Shown one piece after another: positions 1 through 9,395 of a stretch of 43,198 nucleotides of DNA. The position numbers and the translations under genes were made by a program. The notes beneath the pieces are model-generated. The model did no database searches. It worked only from the letters and a program-made list of their open reading frames with translations, and was not told where the DNA came from. Origin of the DNA: an uncultured Atribacterota bacterium. GTDB taxonomy: Bacteria > Atribacterota > Phoenicimicrobiia > Phoenicimicrobiales > Phoenicimicrobiaceae. Each line of letters opens with the position of its first letter. Position 1 is the first letter of the stretch. The stretch lies in contig CAYTKP010000004.1 in assembly GCA_964438695.1 (NCBI GenBank), positions 1 through 43,198 of the forward strand. The letters are read 5' to 3'.

Positions 1-80
1 ATATTTCAATTATTTTTTATTTGTCATATTCTAAAATTAAACAAACAACAGCATTTTTAAAGTGCATCTTTTAATATAAT

Positions 81-109
81 TTTAAATCAAAAAAGAAACG
101 TGTTATACT
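81..109 (+). promoter_or_regulatory. Candidate sigma70-type promoter for the 297..1340 gene
   Basis: Extended -10 'TGtTATACT' at 101-109. 'TTTAAA' at 81-86 lies exactly 17 nt upstream of the TATACT hexamer. AT-rich background makes chance matches likely. Confidence 0.3.
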
Positions 110-242
110 TTAATTTGTGGGTTACAAATTACGAGTTGTTAATTTCAAGTTTTAAATTTGAAAAAAGAAATATTGGTGCATCGCTATGCCCTTTTACTAT
201 ATGCTAAAATCTGAAAATCGAAAACTAAAACCCGAATTTAAT

Positions 243-277
243 ACTAACGACTATTCATTATTCGCTAATTACTAGTT
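243..277 (+). repeat. Heptamer-phased array (ACTAACG ACTATTC ATTATTC GCTAATT ACTAG)
   Basis: NCTA/ACTA recurs at 243, 250, 257, 264 and 271 (exact 7-nt phase). Reverse complement resembles 2131-2160. Confidence 0.7.
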
Positions 278-296
278 TAAAGGAGTAGATGTTTAT

Positions 297-1340
297 TTGA
301 ACGAATTAATCTTGAATAAAAAAAGAATTTTCAAAGGATTAATAATTTCCCTAGTTATTGGAATAACTACCTTTTTAATTATTACTTTTGTTACTAACAA
401 TCAGAATGTTTTAGCCGGCTTATCTTATATTAATAAAAAATACCTTTTTTTCTCTCTTACCTTAATGGTATTTTCAGCTATGATAGCTGCCATCAGAATA
501 AAAACGACTGCAGAGGCAGTAAATGAAAAAATTACCTTTGTGGAAGCTTTAAAAGTCTACTATATCAGTAACTTTGCTGGCAGCATAACTCCTTTTTTCT
601 CCGGGGCTCTGCCTGCTCAGATATATTTATTTAATAAAAATCTTAGATATAAAATACCCTTGGGCAAGGCAACAATGATAGCTACAGTTATTCCTTTGCT
701 TAAGACTTTGGTCTTTGCAATTATTACCCCAATCGTTTTTTTCTATTTTAGCAAAACAATTACCCTTTATGCTACTTTTTCTACAATTCTGGTTATTTTA
801 GTTACCTCATTCTCTCTTTTTCTTATTTATTTATTCGTTTTAATGGTAAGACAACCAGAGAAGATAATACAAACGATCTTTAAAATTAAAAAATTTTCCT
901 GTCTTTCTAATTTTTTTAAAAAAGAAAAAGTATCGAGTTTAACTGATAAAATAATTTTCGAAATTAGAAAATTTCATAAAAGCTTTTATCTAATAAAAGA
1001 AAATCGGGTTAAGTTATTATTGGCTATCACATATACCATCATCTTCTGGGGTACTTTTTTCTTAACAGCCCCTTTACTTCTCTGGGGATTTAACTTAAAA
1101 TTTGATTTCTCTCAAGTTTTAATAACCCAAATTATATTTTATTTTATTTTACCTTTTATGCCTACCCCAGGTGGAAGTGGTACAGCAGAAGTAGGCTTTG
1201 CAACTTTATTTTCCTTCTTTATCCCTTATCATCTTTTAGGACTTTTTGTGGTGGTTTGGAGATTTATAGTCTTTTATTTTAATCTGTTCATCGGAGCTTT
1301 TATCCTTTTATGGGAAATTAAAAAGCTAAAAATAAAATAA
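297..1340 (+). CDS. Flippase-like / LPG-synthase-TM (UPF0104) family integral membrane protein
   Basis: TTG start 11 nt after AGGAG (281-285). Multi-pass hydrophobic protein with the C-terminal 'PTPGGSGTAEVGF' signature typical of this family. Only plus-strand gene in the window. Confidence 0.6.
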   Translation: MNELILNKKRIFKGLIISLVIGITTFLIITFVTNNQNVLAGLSYINKKYLFFSLTLMVFSAMIAAIRIKTTAEAVNEKITFVEALKVYYISNFAGSITPFFSGALPAQIYLFNKNLRYKIPLGKATMIATVIPLLKTLVFAIITPIVFFYFSKTITLYATFSTILVILVTSFSLFLIYLFVLMVRQPEKIIQTIFKIKKFSCLSNFFKKEKVSSLTDKIIFEIRKFHKSFYLIKENRVKLLLAITYTIIFWGTFFLTAPLLLWGFNLKFDFSQVLITQIIFYFILPFMPTPGGSGTAEVGFATLFSFFIPYHLLGLFVVVWRFIVFYFNLFIGAFILLWEIKKLKIK

Positions 1341-1356
1341 GTAAAAAATAAAGAAG

Positions 1357-1731
1357 CTATATTTCTTCTTCTTCTTTTACTTTTTTCTTGGCTTTAATTT
1401 TGCCTGTTCCCAAGGATTTAAAAATTTGATCAATTCCCAAAGCAATTATCAGTATTGGCCAAAATTTCCAGATATTTTCTGAAATCACAAAATCAAAAAA
1501 ATATTGGCCCAAAAATATACTTCCTATGGCAATTAGTATTATCCCAAAAAATATTGATCTATTTTGCCACATTTCTTTAATCCCCCAGGTAATTAAAATT
1601 AGTGGCCATAGGTTCCATACTCTTCCCCATATTTCTAAATCGGTAAAATTTTCTACCATAAATATTATGCCAATTACTAATACTATTAATCCAAAAATCC
1701 AACCACCTTTACCCTCTTCACCAATACTCAT
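1357..1731 (-). CDS. Small 4-TM membrane protein (DUF5668 / LiaF-N-terminal-like)
   Basis: ATG at 1729-1731 overlaps the rsfS stop (ATGA), with GGAGGAG just upstream. The ORF-track start at 1791 would overlap rsfS by 61 nt. W/G-rich TM helices. Confidence 0.5.
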   Translation of the reverse strand: MSIGEEGKGGWIFGLIVLVIGIIFMVENFTDLEIWGRVWNLWPLILITWGIKEMWQNRSIFFGIILIAIGSIFLGQYFFDFVISENIWKFWPILIIALGIDQIFKSLGTGKIKAKKKVKEEEEI

Positions 1732-2111
1732 CACTTCTCCTCCTTTTTGAGTTTTCTCTTCAGAAGTCGAACTCTCTTTGCCTCCTGCCATATATACTCT
1801 AAATCGTAAAACTCTCTTTTTTCTTGGGAAAATATATGAACTACTATATCACCATAATCCAGCAAAATCCATCCTGTCTCTGGTCTACCCTCATAATGTA
1901 ATAGTCTAACCTCATTTTCCTTCAATTTCTTCATTATGAAATTATATATGGCTTTTAATTGAGGCTCTGAATCACCAGTAGTGATTACAAAATAATCAGC
2001 AATTAGAGTTAGTTTGCTTATATTCAATATTACTGTGTCTTTTGCTTTCTTCTCTTCTGCGGCATCTGCAGCTATTTTAGCAATATTTAAAGAATTTTTT
2101 TTCAAAAACAC
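1731..2111 (-). CDS. rsfS: Ribosomal silencing factor RsfS (iojap family)
   Basis: 'DYGDIVVHIFSQEKREFYDLEYIW' core. GGAGG RBS (2112-2118 region). Sits in the classical nadD-yqeK-rsfS neighbourhood. Confidence 0.9.
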   Translation of the reverse strand: MFLKKNSLNIAKIAADAAEEKKAKDTVILNISKLTLIADYFVITTGDSEPQLKAIYNFIMKKLKENEVRLLHYEGRPETGWILLDYGDIVVHIFSQEKREFYDLEYIWQEAKRVRLLKRKLKKEEK

Positions 2112-2130
2112 ACCTCCTTCTTTATTTAGT

Positions 2131-2480
2131 CTCTAGTAATTAGTGAATAGTCGTTAGTATTTCCTATCTTTTGTATCTTGTGAGTCATATTTCGTAAACA
2201 AGATAGGAGTCATAAGCCAGAATTTAGTATTCAAAATAATCTTAAATATATATAATATTATATTCAGACTCCTTGCTCCTGAATTCTGGATTCTTAATTA
2301 GTTTTAAGAAAAGTTTTGATGCCCATTTTCATGGGAACAGGGTTTTGAATTACTGTTTTAGCTTTTTGCTTTAAATTTTTAACTGTAAACTATTCATTGA
2401 TAGACAAGCGAGCCTGTCTCCGTAAAAACGGGAAACATCTGTCCTACTACCATCTATTCACTAACGACTAACGACTATTC
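2131..2480 (+). repeat. ~350-bp non-coding dispersed element, copy 1
   Basis: Aligns end to end with the reverse complement of 7321-7685. The 45-nt block 2276-2320 is identical to rc 7485-7529. Ends are inverted heptamer arrays: 2145-2158 GAATAGTCGTTAGT is the reverse complement of 2467-2480. Confidence 0.9.
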
Positions 2481-3662
2481 TGTTATATCTTTTCCTAATA
2501 TTATATCTAAATCTAAGTCAGCATTAGTTTGATAATCTTTAACAACTTCAAAATCTTTAAATAATCGTCTAAATTTCTTATCTAAATTTATCTCTTTTGA
2601 ATAAACTACAATTTTAGTTTTTTCATAATCAAAATTATCTGCATTGCCAATATTTACTACTTCAAACCCTTGCAATTCTAATTCTTTAGCTATTCTACGA
2701 GCAACACCTGGTAAACCATTTCCATTTAAAACCTCTGCTTTTACACCACTATTTTGACTATAAAGCAGTGATTTTATTCTTTGCCGCACTTCTTCCACCT
2801 TTGGTTCTAAATAACTGATTCCCTCAATATAAACTGGAGTACCCTGAACGGTTTCAAATTTAAACTTTTCTTGAGTTACTCCACTAAACAAATTGGCTAA
2901 AATAATTACATCTTGTAACTCTATATTAGTATTAATACAATCTTTTACTTCTTCTAATAGTTGGGGGATTTTTACTATAGAATTATATTTCATTACTTGA
3001 TTAAACAAAGCAATAGCTAACTTTTGTTGCCTTTTTATCCTGCCCAAATCACCTAATTTATCATGCCTGAATCTAATATATTCTAATGCTTTTTCTCCAT
3101 CTAATATCTGTTTTCCAGGATAAAGGTTAATTCTTAGGCCTCCTGCTTTATCCATATAATGCATCTCTTTTTCTACATCAATTTCTACTCCACCTAAGGC
3201 ATTAATTATACTAACAAACCCTTCAAAATCAGCCACAACATAAAAATGAATAGGGACATCTAAAAATGATCTAACTGTTTTAATGATTAAATCTATTCCT
3301 CCAAAGGCATAGGCATGATTTATCTTGTCCTTCCCTCTCCCGGGAATTTCTACACGAGTATCTCGAGGTATAGATAAAATAAGAGTATCCTTAGTTTTGG
3401 GGGAGATACTTAAAAGCACTAGGGTATCGGCCCGTCCATGATTTTCAGCTTCATCACAACCCACAACTAGTATATTTATTCTATTATAGGATAATATATC
3501 TGAACTAAAAGGGAATATTCCTAAATATTTAAAGAAAAAAACTAAAATAGTTAATAAAAAAACAGAAGAAATAATTAAGATAATTTTTTTATTTTTTTTC
3601 TTTCTTAGATATTTTCTAGTATTTTTTTTTATCTTCTTTTTCAAATTATTTTCATACATCAA
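2475..3662 (-). CDS. LytR-CpsA-Psr (LCP) family cell-envelope polymer transferase
   Basis: N-terminal TM anchor and 'NILVVGCDE..GRADTLVLLSI..LSIPRDT' LCP core. C-terminal LytR_C-like domain. Overlaps the yqeK stop by 11 nt. Confidence 0.85.
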   Translation of the reverse strand: MMYENNLKKKIKKNTRKYLRKKKNKKIILIISSVFLLTILVFFFKYLGIFPFSSDILSYNRINILVVGCDEAENHGRADTLVLLSISPKTKDTLILSIPRDTRVEIPGRGKDKINHAYAFGGIDLIIKTVRSFLDVPIHFYVVADFEGFVSIINALGGVEIDVEKEMHYMDKAGGLRINLYPGKQILDGEKALEYIRFRHDKLGDLGRIKRQQKLAIALFNQVMKYNSIVKIPQLLEEVKDCINTNIELQDVIILANLFSGVTQEKFKFETVQGTPVYIEGISYLEPKVEEVRQRIKSLLYSQNSGVKAEVLNGNGLPGVARRIAKELELQGFEVVNIGNADNFDYEKTKIVVYSKEINLDKKFRRLFKDFEVVKDYQTNADLDLDIILGKDITE

Positions 3663-4233
3663 GTAAAACCACCTTGCCTAAGATATCATTACGGGCTTCG
3701 ATTGTAACGGGGTGAATTAGAAAACCTTTATTAATCAAATATAACAACCCCATATCCAAAACCTTTAATACCGCTCTATCTAAACTAAATTCTGCTATTT
3801 TCCTTGCCTCTTCAACTCCCTCATTATTTCTCAAAGGTTCAATTTTATCACTTAGATAAATTATCTTATCTAATAGGGACATTCGGGGAGCCCCAGTACT
3901 ATGTGACCTTATTGCTTTTAAAATAGCAGGATCTTGAATATTAAATTCTTTTTCCGCAATTGCTGCCCCTACTAAAGGATGTAATAATTTAGGAATTTTC
4001 TGAATAATTTCATCATTTTTTATATTATATTCTATTCTCATCTTCTCTAAGATATTATAATCTAAATCTTTAGCACAATCATGCAATAACCCAGCCACTT
4101 CTGCTTTAGCGACCTCGCTATGATTATATTTTAAAGCCAACTTCCGAGCCACTTGAGAAACATTGATCGAATGTTCAAACCTTTCTTTACTCATCATTTT
4201 CCTTAATCTTACCTTTATCAACTCAATATCCAT
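3652..4233 (-). CDS. yqeK: YqeK-type HD-domain phosphohydrolase (bis(5'-nucleosyl)-tetraphosphatase)
   Basis: 'HSINVSQVARKLA' and 'GLLHDCAKD' HD motifs. Position directly after nadD. Confidence 0.85.
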   Translation of the reverse strand: MDIELIKVRLRKMMSKERFEHSINVSQVARKLALKYNHSEVAKAEVAGLLHDCAKDLDYNILEKMRIEYNIKNDEIIQKIPKLLHPLVGAAIAEKEFNIQDPAILKAIRSHSTGAPRMSLLDKIIYLSDKIEPLRNNEGVEEARKIAEFSLDRAVLKVLDMGLLYLINKGFLIHPVTIEARNDILGKVVLLDV

Positions 4234-4376
4234 TCTCTTCTCCTGACAATATTGCTAAGGAGGGAGTATATTCCTCCTCCTTAAAATTCTTTTACTATTT
4301 TTTATATTTTATTTTTATATAAAACTTATTCTGATATTCTAGTTAAGATCCATCTTTTTCTTCAAAAAATTATCTT

Positions 4377-4973
4377 TTAACCCAGGAATTTCTTCGAAAT
4401 TCTCTTATTACGATATAATTTATTTTTATAGATATATTCTTCTACTTCATAAGGAACTAAGTATTTAATACTTTTCCCTTCTCTTACCCTTCTTCTAATA
4501 TCCGTAGAAGATATAGACAAGGCGGGAATTTCCATAATTTTAATGATTTCTTTAAATCCTTGGTCTAATCTATCTAAATCATATCCGGGACGAGTAGCTG
4601 CAATAAATTGACAAAGTTTTATTAATTCTTCACTCTTATACCAGGATTCTATTTCCAAAAAAGCATCAGCTCCAGTTATAAAAAATATTTTTATCTCATA
4701 ATTATATTTTCTTAAAAATTCTTTTACTGTATCGATAGAGTAAGAAGGGCCTGGTCGATTAAGTTCAATTTTAGATACTTCAAAAAATGGATTATTGCTG
4801 ATAGCCAATACAGTCATTAAATATCGGTGTTCTGGAGCAGAAATACTATTTTCTCTTTTATGAACCGGTTCTCGGCAAGGAACAAAAATTACTTCATCTA
4901 ACTTAAATTCAATCCTTGCTTCTTCTGCGGTAAATAGATGCCCATAATGTATGGGGTCAAATACTCCTCCCAT
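4377..4973 (-). CDS. nadD: Nicotinate-nucleotide adenylyltransferase
   Basis: 'GGVFDPIHYGH' nucleotidyltransferase motif. The frame stays open upstream of ATG 4973. A probable earlier non-ATG start is described in the findings. Confidence 0.9.
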   Translation of the reverse strand: MGGVFDPIHYGHLFTAEEARIEFKLDEVIFVPCREPVHKRENSISAPEHRYLMTVLAISNNPFFEVSKIELNRPGPSYSIDTVKEFLRKYNYEIKIFFITGADAFLEIESWYKSEELIKLCQFIAATRPGYDLDRLDQGFKEIIKIMEIPALSISSTDIRRRVREGKSIKYLVPYEVEEYIYKNKLYRNKRISKKFLG

Positions 4974-5040
4974 TATTCCTAAACGCTTGATTCTCTCTTT
5001 CTCTTTAAAAATGATTCTTCCTCCTTGGTTAATTAGCTGG

Positions 5041-6033
5041 TTAATTGGTTGGTGGTTGTACTTTTTCTTCCGGTATACTTTCTTCAGTTTTTGTTTCTAC
5101 TTCTTTCTGTTCAGGCTCTTTTTCTTTTTCCTCCTGTACTTCTCCATTAATTACTACAAAAGTAACCTCTTTATCTGGATAAATCCAATTCTCTATCTTA
5201 TCCCCTTCTTTAAAACTAACCTCTATTCGAGGGGGATATCCAAAACCAAAATATCCTTTTCTTTCCAAAGCTTGTTGATAAGGGAGTGCTCTCACTCTTT
5301 CTAACCTAAGCCATAATTTTTCCTCTTTATCCTTCCATTTTAAAGTACTATATATTTTGCTTAATTGGACATAGGAACGCCAGTATGCCGAAGGATGGTT
5401 AAAAGATATAGAATTAGTAGCTTCCTCTATATCAATAGCCTTTTCATAATTTTCTATAGCTAATGCCCGAAACTGAGAGGTACTCTTATCTCCTAAAACC
5501 CCATAAATTTCTCCTAACCAAAAATAAGCCTCTAGTAAATTTGGCTCTAAACTTATTGCTTTCTTAAAATAAGGAACAGCGCTAAGTAAAATATCTACAG
5601 ATGGCGCATCTTGCTTTATAAGATATTCCTCTGGATTTCCAATTGTTTTAATTCCTTCATTTAAGTAATCACTTGCTTTATCTGATTGAACTCGGGAAGT
5701 GCTTCGAAAACTACCTATCAAATAACTAAAAGCATAAGGATTTTGGGGGTTAATTTTTAAAACCTTCTTCCACTGTTCTACTGCCCGGCTATAATCTCCT
5801 GTTTGTTTATATACTTTCCCTAACCAATAATGAGCATCTTCAAAATTAGGATCTAATTCTACAGCTTTTTTATAGTTCTGCTCAGCCATCTCGTAGTTCC
5901 CCTGAGTGAAATATGTATATCCATTTTTGTAATAAGTTTGAGCGTCCTGAGCATTAATTACCTCCCCACTTAAAATTAATATTAGCAAAAAAATCAATAA
6001 ATTTAGAACAGTCTTATGATAAAATTTCCCCAT
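5041..6033 (-). CDS. Secreted TPR-repeat protein
   Basis: N-terminal signal-like hydrophobic segment. Repeated 'A..Y.KA..LDP...A.Y.LG' TPR units. Acidic/Lys-rich tail. Confidence 0.7.
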   Translation of the reverse strand: MGKFYHKTVLNLLIFLLILILSGEVINAQDAQTYYKNGYTYFTQGNYEMAEQNYKKAVELDPNFEDAHYWLGKVYKQTGDYSRAVEQWKKVLKINPQNPYAFSYLIGSFRSTSRVQSDKASDYLNEGIKTIGNPEEYLIKQDAPSVDILLSAVPYFKKAISLEPNLLEAYFWLGEIYGVLGDKSTSQFRALAIENYEKAIDIEEATNSISFNHPSAYWRSYVQLSKIYSTLKWKDKEEKLWLRLERVRALPYQQALERKGYFGFGYPPRIEVSFKEGDKIENWIYPDKEVTFVVINGEVQEEKEKEPEQKEVETKTEESIPEEKVQPPTN

Positions 6034-6195
6034 TATACTTACACCTTCTTCCCCACTTCTTTTATATTACCATTAATATTTAAGATCATCAGGGAGAACT
6101 CTCATTGAAATCCATCGGCAATTTTTCTTCATTCCTCTTCAGTTTTATACAAGGCTTGTCTCCTGACCATCTTGTTGAAACCCATTACTTCTATT

Positions 6196-6588
6196 TTATG
6201 ATTCTTTTAATTTCTCCACATAGTTCATCCTCAAATTTGCTAATAAACTTTCTATTCTATTAAAATCTTCTTTGTTTAGCCCATCTTTTATTTGATCAAA
6301 TAAAAAAGCGATAGTATCAATGGAAATTTTGGCTTTCTTTAAATCCTTATTTATCTTTTTCGTCTCTGGATTCATTATAAGCCCCAGATATTCCCAGGCC
6401 TTTCCACTTAACATACTTATAAACCATACAAAAAGGGTATTTAAATCAAGTTCTTTAAGAGGTTCTTCTCTTTTTTCTTCCTCTTTAGCTTTTTCTTCCC
6501 CCCCCTCTTTCTCCTCTTCCTGCGCTTTTCCTTCTTTTATCTCCTCATCTTTTTCTGTTTTATGTTCATTTGCTTCTTCTTTTTTCAT
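6196..6588 (-). CDS. DUF1844 domain protein
   Basis: E/K-rich N-terminus followed by 'LFVWFISMLSGKAWEYLGL..NPETKK..DLKKAKISIDTIAFL', which resembles DUF1844. Confidence 0.6.
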   Translation of the reverse strand: MKKEEANEHKTEKDEEIKEGKAQEEEKEGGEEKAKEEEKREEPLKELDLNTLFVWFISMLSGKAWEYLGLIMNPETKKINKDLKKAKISIDTIAFLFDQIKDGLNKEDFNRIESLLANLRMNYVEKLKES

Positions 6589-6830
6589 AATTGCTAATCA
6601 CTCCTCCTTCTATAATAAATATACAATATTATTATTGATATCTATTCAAACAAACTAAAAGCTAAAAACTATTTACTAATAGCTCATATATGGTATATCG
6701 TATTGCCTATATAAAATGAATTGATATCAAACCAGTTAACTAATAAACCAGCTAATTAGCTAACCAATAGCTAATGACTAACTTATCTTTCATTTGGGTA
6801 ATCTTCCTTATTCATCGGTATAATCGTTTA

Positions 6831-7301
6831 CTAGCCACTTATACTGACCACACAATAAGCAATAATACCCTCTTTTTTCCCCACAAAACCCATCTTTTCA
6901 CTGGTTGTGGCTTTAATGTTTATCTTTTCAACTGACAAGTTTAAAACTTTAGAAATGTTCTTTCTCATCTGTAAAATATAGGGTGAAAGTCTTGGCTCTT
7001 CTAGTACTACCGAAATATCGATATTGTTTATTATTAACTTTTTTCTTTTTAAAAGTTCATCTGTTTTTTTTAATAACTTTAAACTGGAAATATTTTTATA
7101 CTGTTCATCATCATCTGGAAAATGCTGCCCAATATCTCCTTCTCCGGCTGCTCCTAACAAAGCATCTATCAGGGAGTGAGTTAAAACATCAGCATCTGAA
7201 TGACCACTCAATCCCTTGGAATAAGGAATAATTTCTCCTCCTAAAATTAATTTCCTCCCCCTAATAAAAGGGTGCACATCATAGCCAAAACCTACTCGCA
7301 T
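6831..7301 (-). CDS. ispF: 2-C-methyl-D-erythritol 2,4-cyclodiphosphate synthase
   Basis: 'RVGFGYDVHPF' and 'GHSDADVLTHSLIDALLGA'. ATG at 7301 is preceded by GGGAGAG. The ORF-track GTG at 7313 lies inside that RBS. Confidence 0.92.
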   Translation of the reverse strand: MRVGFGYDVHPFIRGRKLILGGEIIPYSKGLSGHSDADVLTHSLIDALLGAAGEGDIGQHFPDDDEQYKNISSLKLLKKTDELLKRKKLIINNIDISVVLEEPRLSPYILQMRKNISKVLNLSVEKINIKATTSEKMGFVGKKEGIIAYCVVSISG

Positions 7302-7320
7302 AATCTCTCCCACTTTTCAT

Positions 7321-7685
7321 TAGCCGTTAGTAAATAGTCGTTAGTCGTTAGTAGGATAGGCGTTCCCCATTTTCACGAGGACAGGCTCGCCTGTCTATCA
7401 GTGAATAGTTTACAGTTTATAGTTAAAAATTTAAAGCAAAAAGCCAAAACTATAATTCAAAACCCTGTCCCCATAAAAATGAGGATCAAAACTTTTCTTA
7501 AAACTAATTAAGAATCCAGAATTCAGGAGCCAGGAGTCAGAATATAGTATTATATATATTTAAGATTATTCTGAATACTGAATTCTGGCTTTTGACTCCT
7601 ATCTTGTTTACGAGATATGATTCACAAGATAAAAGATAAAGATACGAAATACTAACAACTATTCACTATTCACCAACGACTAAAT
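7321..7685 (-). repeat. ~350-bp non-coding dispersed element, copy 2 (inverted relative to copy 1)
   Basis: See copy 1. TAGN phased at 7321/28/35/42/49. ACTA/ACCA phased at 7651/58/65/72/79. Fills the whole ispE-ispF gap. Confidence 0.9.
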
Positions 7686-8540
7686 AGTATGAACTAACCA
7701 GATTAATTTATATTGTTGTTTCAATTTTTCGTAAACCTTTAAAGCTTCCTCTTTATTCTGCATAATTCCAAACACCGTCGGTCCACTACCAGACATAAGA
7801 GTACCTAATGCCCCGGCATCTACCAATTTATCCTTGATCCTTCCAACCTCAGGATATTTTTCAATAATTAGCTCTTCGAAAGAGTTAAATAAATTCTTGG
7901 CGATTTCTCCAGAGATTCCCCTTTTCAAAGCAACTAACATAGCCTCTATATTATTTCTTCCCTTTTTTGTCTTCCTCAAATCGATATTATTGTAAGCCCA
8001 TTGAGTAGAAATCTTAAAGCCAGGATTTATTACAATAATCCATAAGGGAGGGGTAATAGGAGGAAGATGCACTATCTTTTCCCCTTTATGAAAGGCTAAA
8101 GCTGTCCCATTTTGTATGCAAAAGGGAATATCCATACCCAATTCTTCTCCCATTTCCCTCAAATCTTCATTACTGAGATTTAAATTAAATATTCTATTTA
8201 TTCCTACCAAAATCGCCGCAGAATTTGCTGAGCCTCCGGCCATTCCACCAGCTATAGGGATGTTTTTGTCAATTTTTATTTTAACCCCTCTTCCTACTTT
8301 ATATTTCTTGAGAATCTTCTCTGCTGACTTATAGGCTAAACTTCTATTATGAACTGGGACTTGAGGGTTATTACATTCTATCTTAATCTCTTCTTTGTCT
8401 TCTTCAGAAATTGTTACCTTATCGGCCAGATTAATTGATTGCATTATAGTTTCAATCTCATGATATCCATCTTCATACCGGTCTAATATATTTAAGATTA
8501 AATTTATTTTAGAATAACTGCTTATTACAATTTCCTTCAT
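7680..8540 (-). CDS. ispE: 4-diphosphocytidyl-2-C-methyl-D-erythritol kinase
   Basis: GHMP-kinase motif 'IPIAGGMAGGSANSAA' and 'SGSGPTVFG'. Length and layout typical of IspE. Confidence 0.9.
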   Translation of the reverse strand: MKEIVISSYSKINLILNILDRYEDGYHEIETIMQSINLADKVTISEEDKEEIKIECNNPQVPVHNRSLAYKSAEKILKKYKVGRGVKIKIDKNIPIAGGMAGGSANSAAILVGINRIFNLNLSNEDLREMGEELGMDIPFCIQNGTALAFHKGEKIVHLPPITPPLWIIVINPGFKISTQWAYNNIDLRKTKKGRNNIEAMLVALKRGISGEIAKNLFNSFEELIIEKYPEVGRIKDKLVDAGALGTLMSGSGPTVFGIMQNKEEALKVYEKLKQQYKLIWLVHTI

Positions 8541-8605
8541 ATTTTCGATTTAATTAAAAGCTTTTTTAAACTCCTTTATTTTTTATCTCAAAACAGTTTT
8601 TCTTT

Positions 8606-9301
8606 TTAAAATAAAAATTTCCTTTTTAAAAAATTTTCAGCAATAATTATATCAAAAGGAGTAGTGATTTTGATATTTTCTTCTGAACCAATTATCATTT
8701 TTACTTTGTGACCATATCTTTCTACTATTGCCGCATCATCAGTAGTCCATAGTTTATCTTGGTAAGCCTTTTTATAGGCAGATAATATTATATCATATTT
8801 AAAAGATTGGGGAGTTTGGGCTCTCCAAATTTTTTCTCGATCAAGAGTTCCATTTATAAACATATACTTTTTGCTTTTTTTAATAGTATCCTTAACAGGG
8901 ATTGCTAATATAGCTGCACCATATTTTTGTGCTGCTTCTATTGAATCCTGAATAAGCTTTTCCTCTATAAGAGGTCGTGCACCATCATGAATTACCACAA
9001 TATCTGTATCTGCATCCAGAGCTTTAAGACCATTATAAACCGAATCCTGCCTTGTCTTGCCGCCCTCAACTAATTCCTGGATTTTGGTAAAATTATATTT
9101 TAAAATAATATCTTTTAAATACAAATCTTTCTCTTTACGATTAACTACAAGATAGATTCTCTCAATAAACTTACATTGTTCAAATTTTTCTAAGGTATAG
9201 GCTATTATCGGCTTGCCAAAAATAGGTATAAATGGCTTGCTTATTTTAGCATTCATTCTTCTGCCTAACCCAGCAGCCACAATTAAAGCCACAACTTTCA
9301 T
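8606..9301 (-). CDS. ispD: 2-C-methyl-D-erythritol 4-phosphate cytidylyltransferase
   Basis: 'ALIVAAGLGRRM', 'VVIHDGARP' and 'TPQSF' IspD signatures. Confidence 0.9.
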   Translation of the reverse strand: MKVVALIVAAGLGRRMNAKISKPFIPIFGKPIIAYTLEKFEQCKFIERIYLVVNRKEKDLYLKDIILKYNFTKIQELVEGGKTRQDSVYNGLKALDADTDIVVIHDGARPLIEEKLIQDSIEAAQKYGAAILAIPVKDTIKKSKKYMFINGTLDREKIWRAQTPQSFKYDIILSAYKKAYQDKLWTTDDAAIVERYGHKVKMIIGSEENIKITTPFDIIIAENFLKRKFLF

Positions 9302-9395
9302 ATTCTTCCATCCAATTTACTAATTTGGAATCAAAATCCAGAATCTAATTCTCATTAATCTATAAACTATAAAACAACTAACCAGCGAACTAAAT

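Noticed and set aside
4257-4282. Hairpin AAGGAGG...CCTCCTT between nadD and yqeK as a terminator or RBS-sequestering switch.
   Set aside because: No U-tract follows it on either strand. The yqeK RBS (GGAG at about 4243-4246) lies outside the stem. It is a single occurrence with nothing to compare against.
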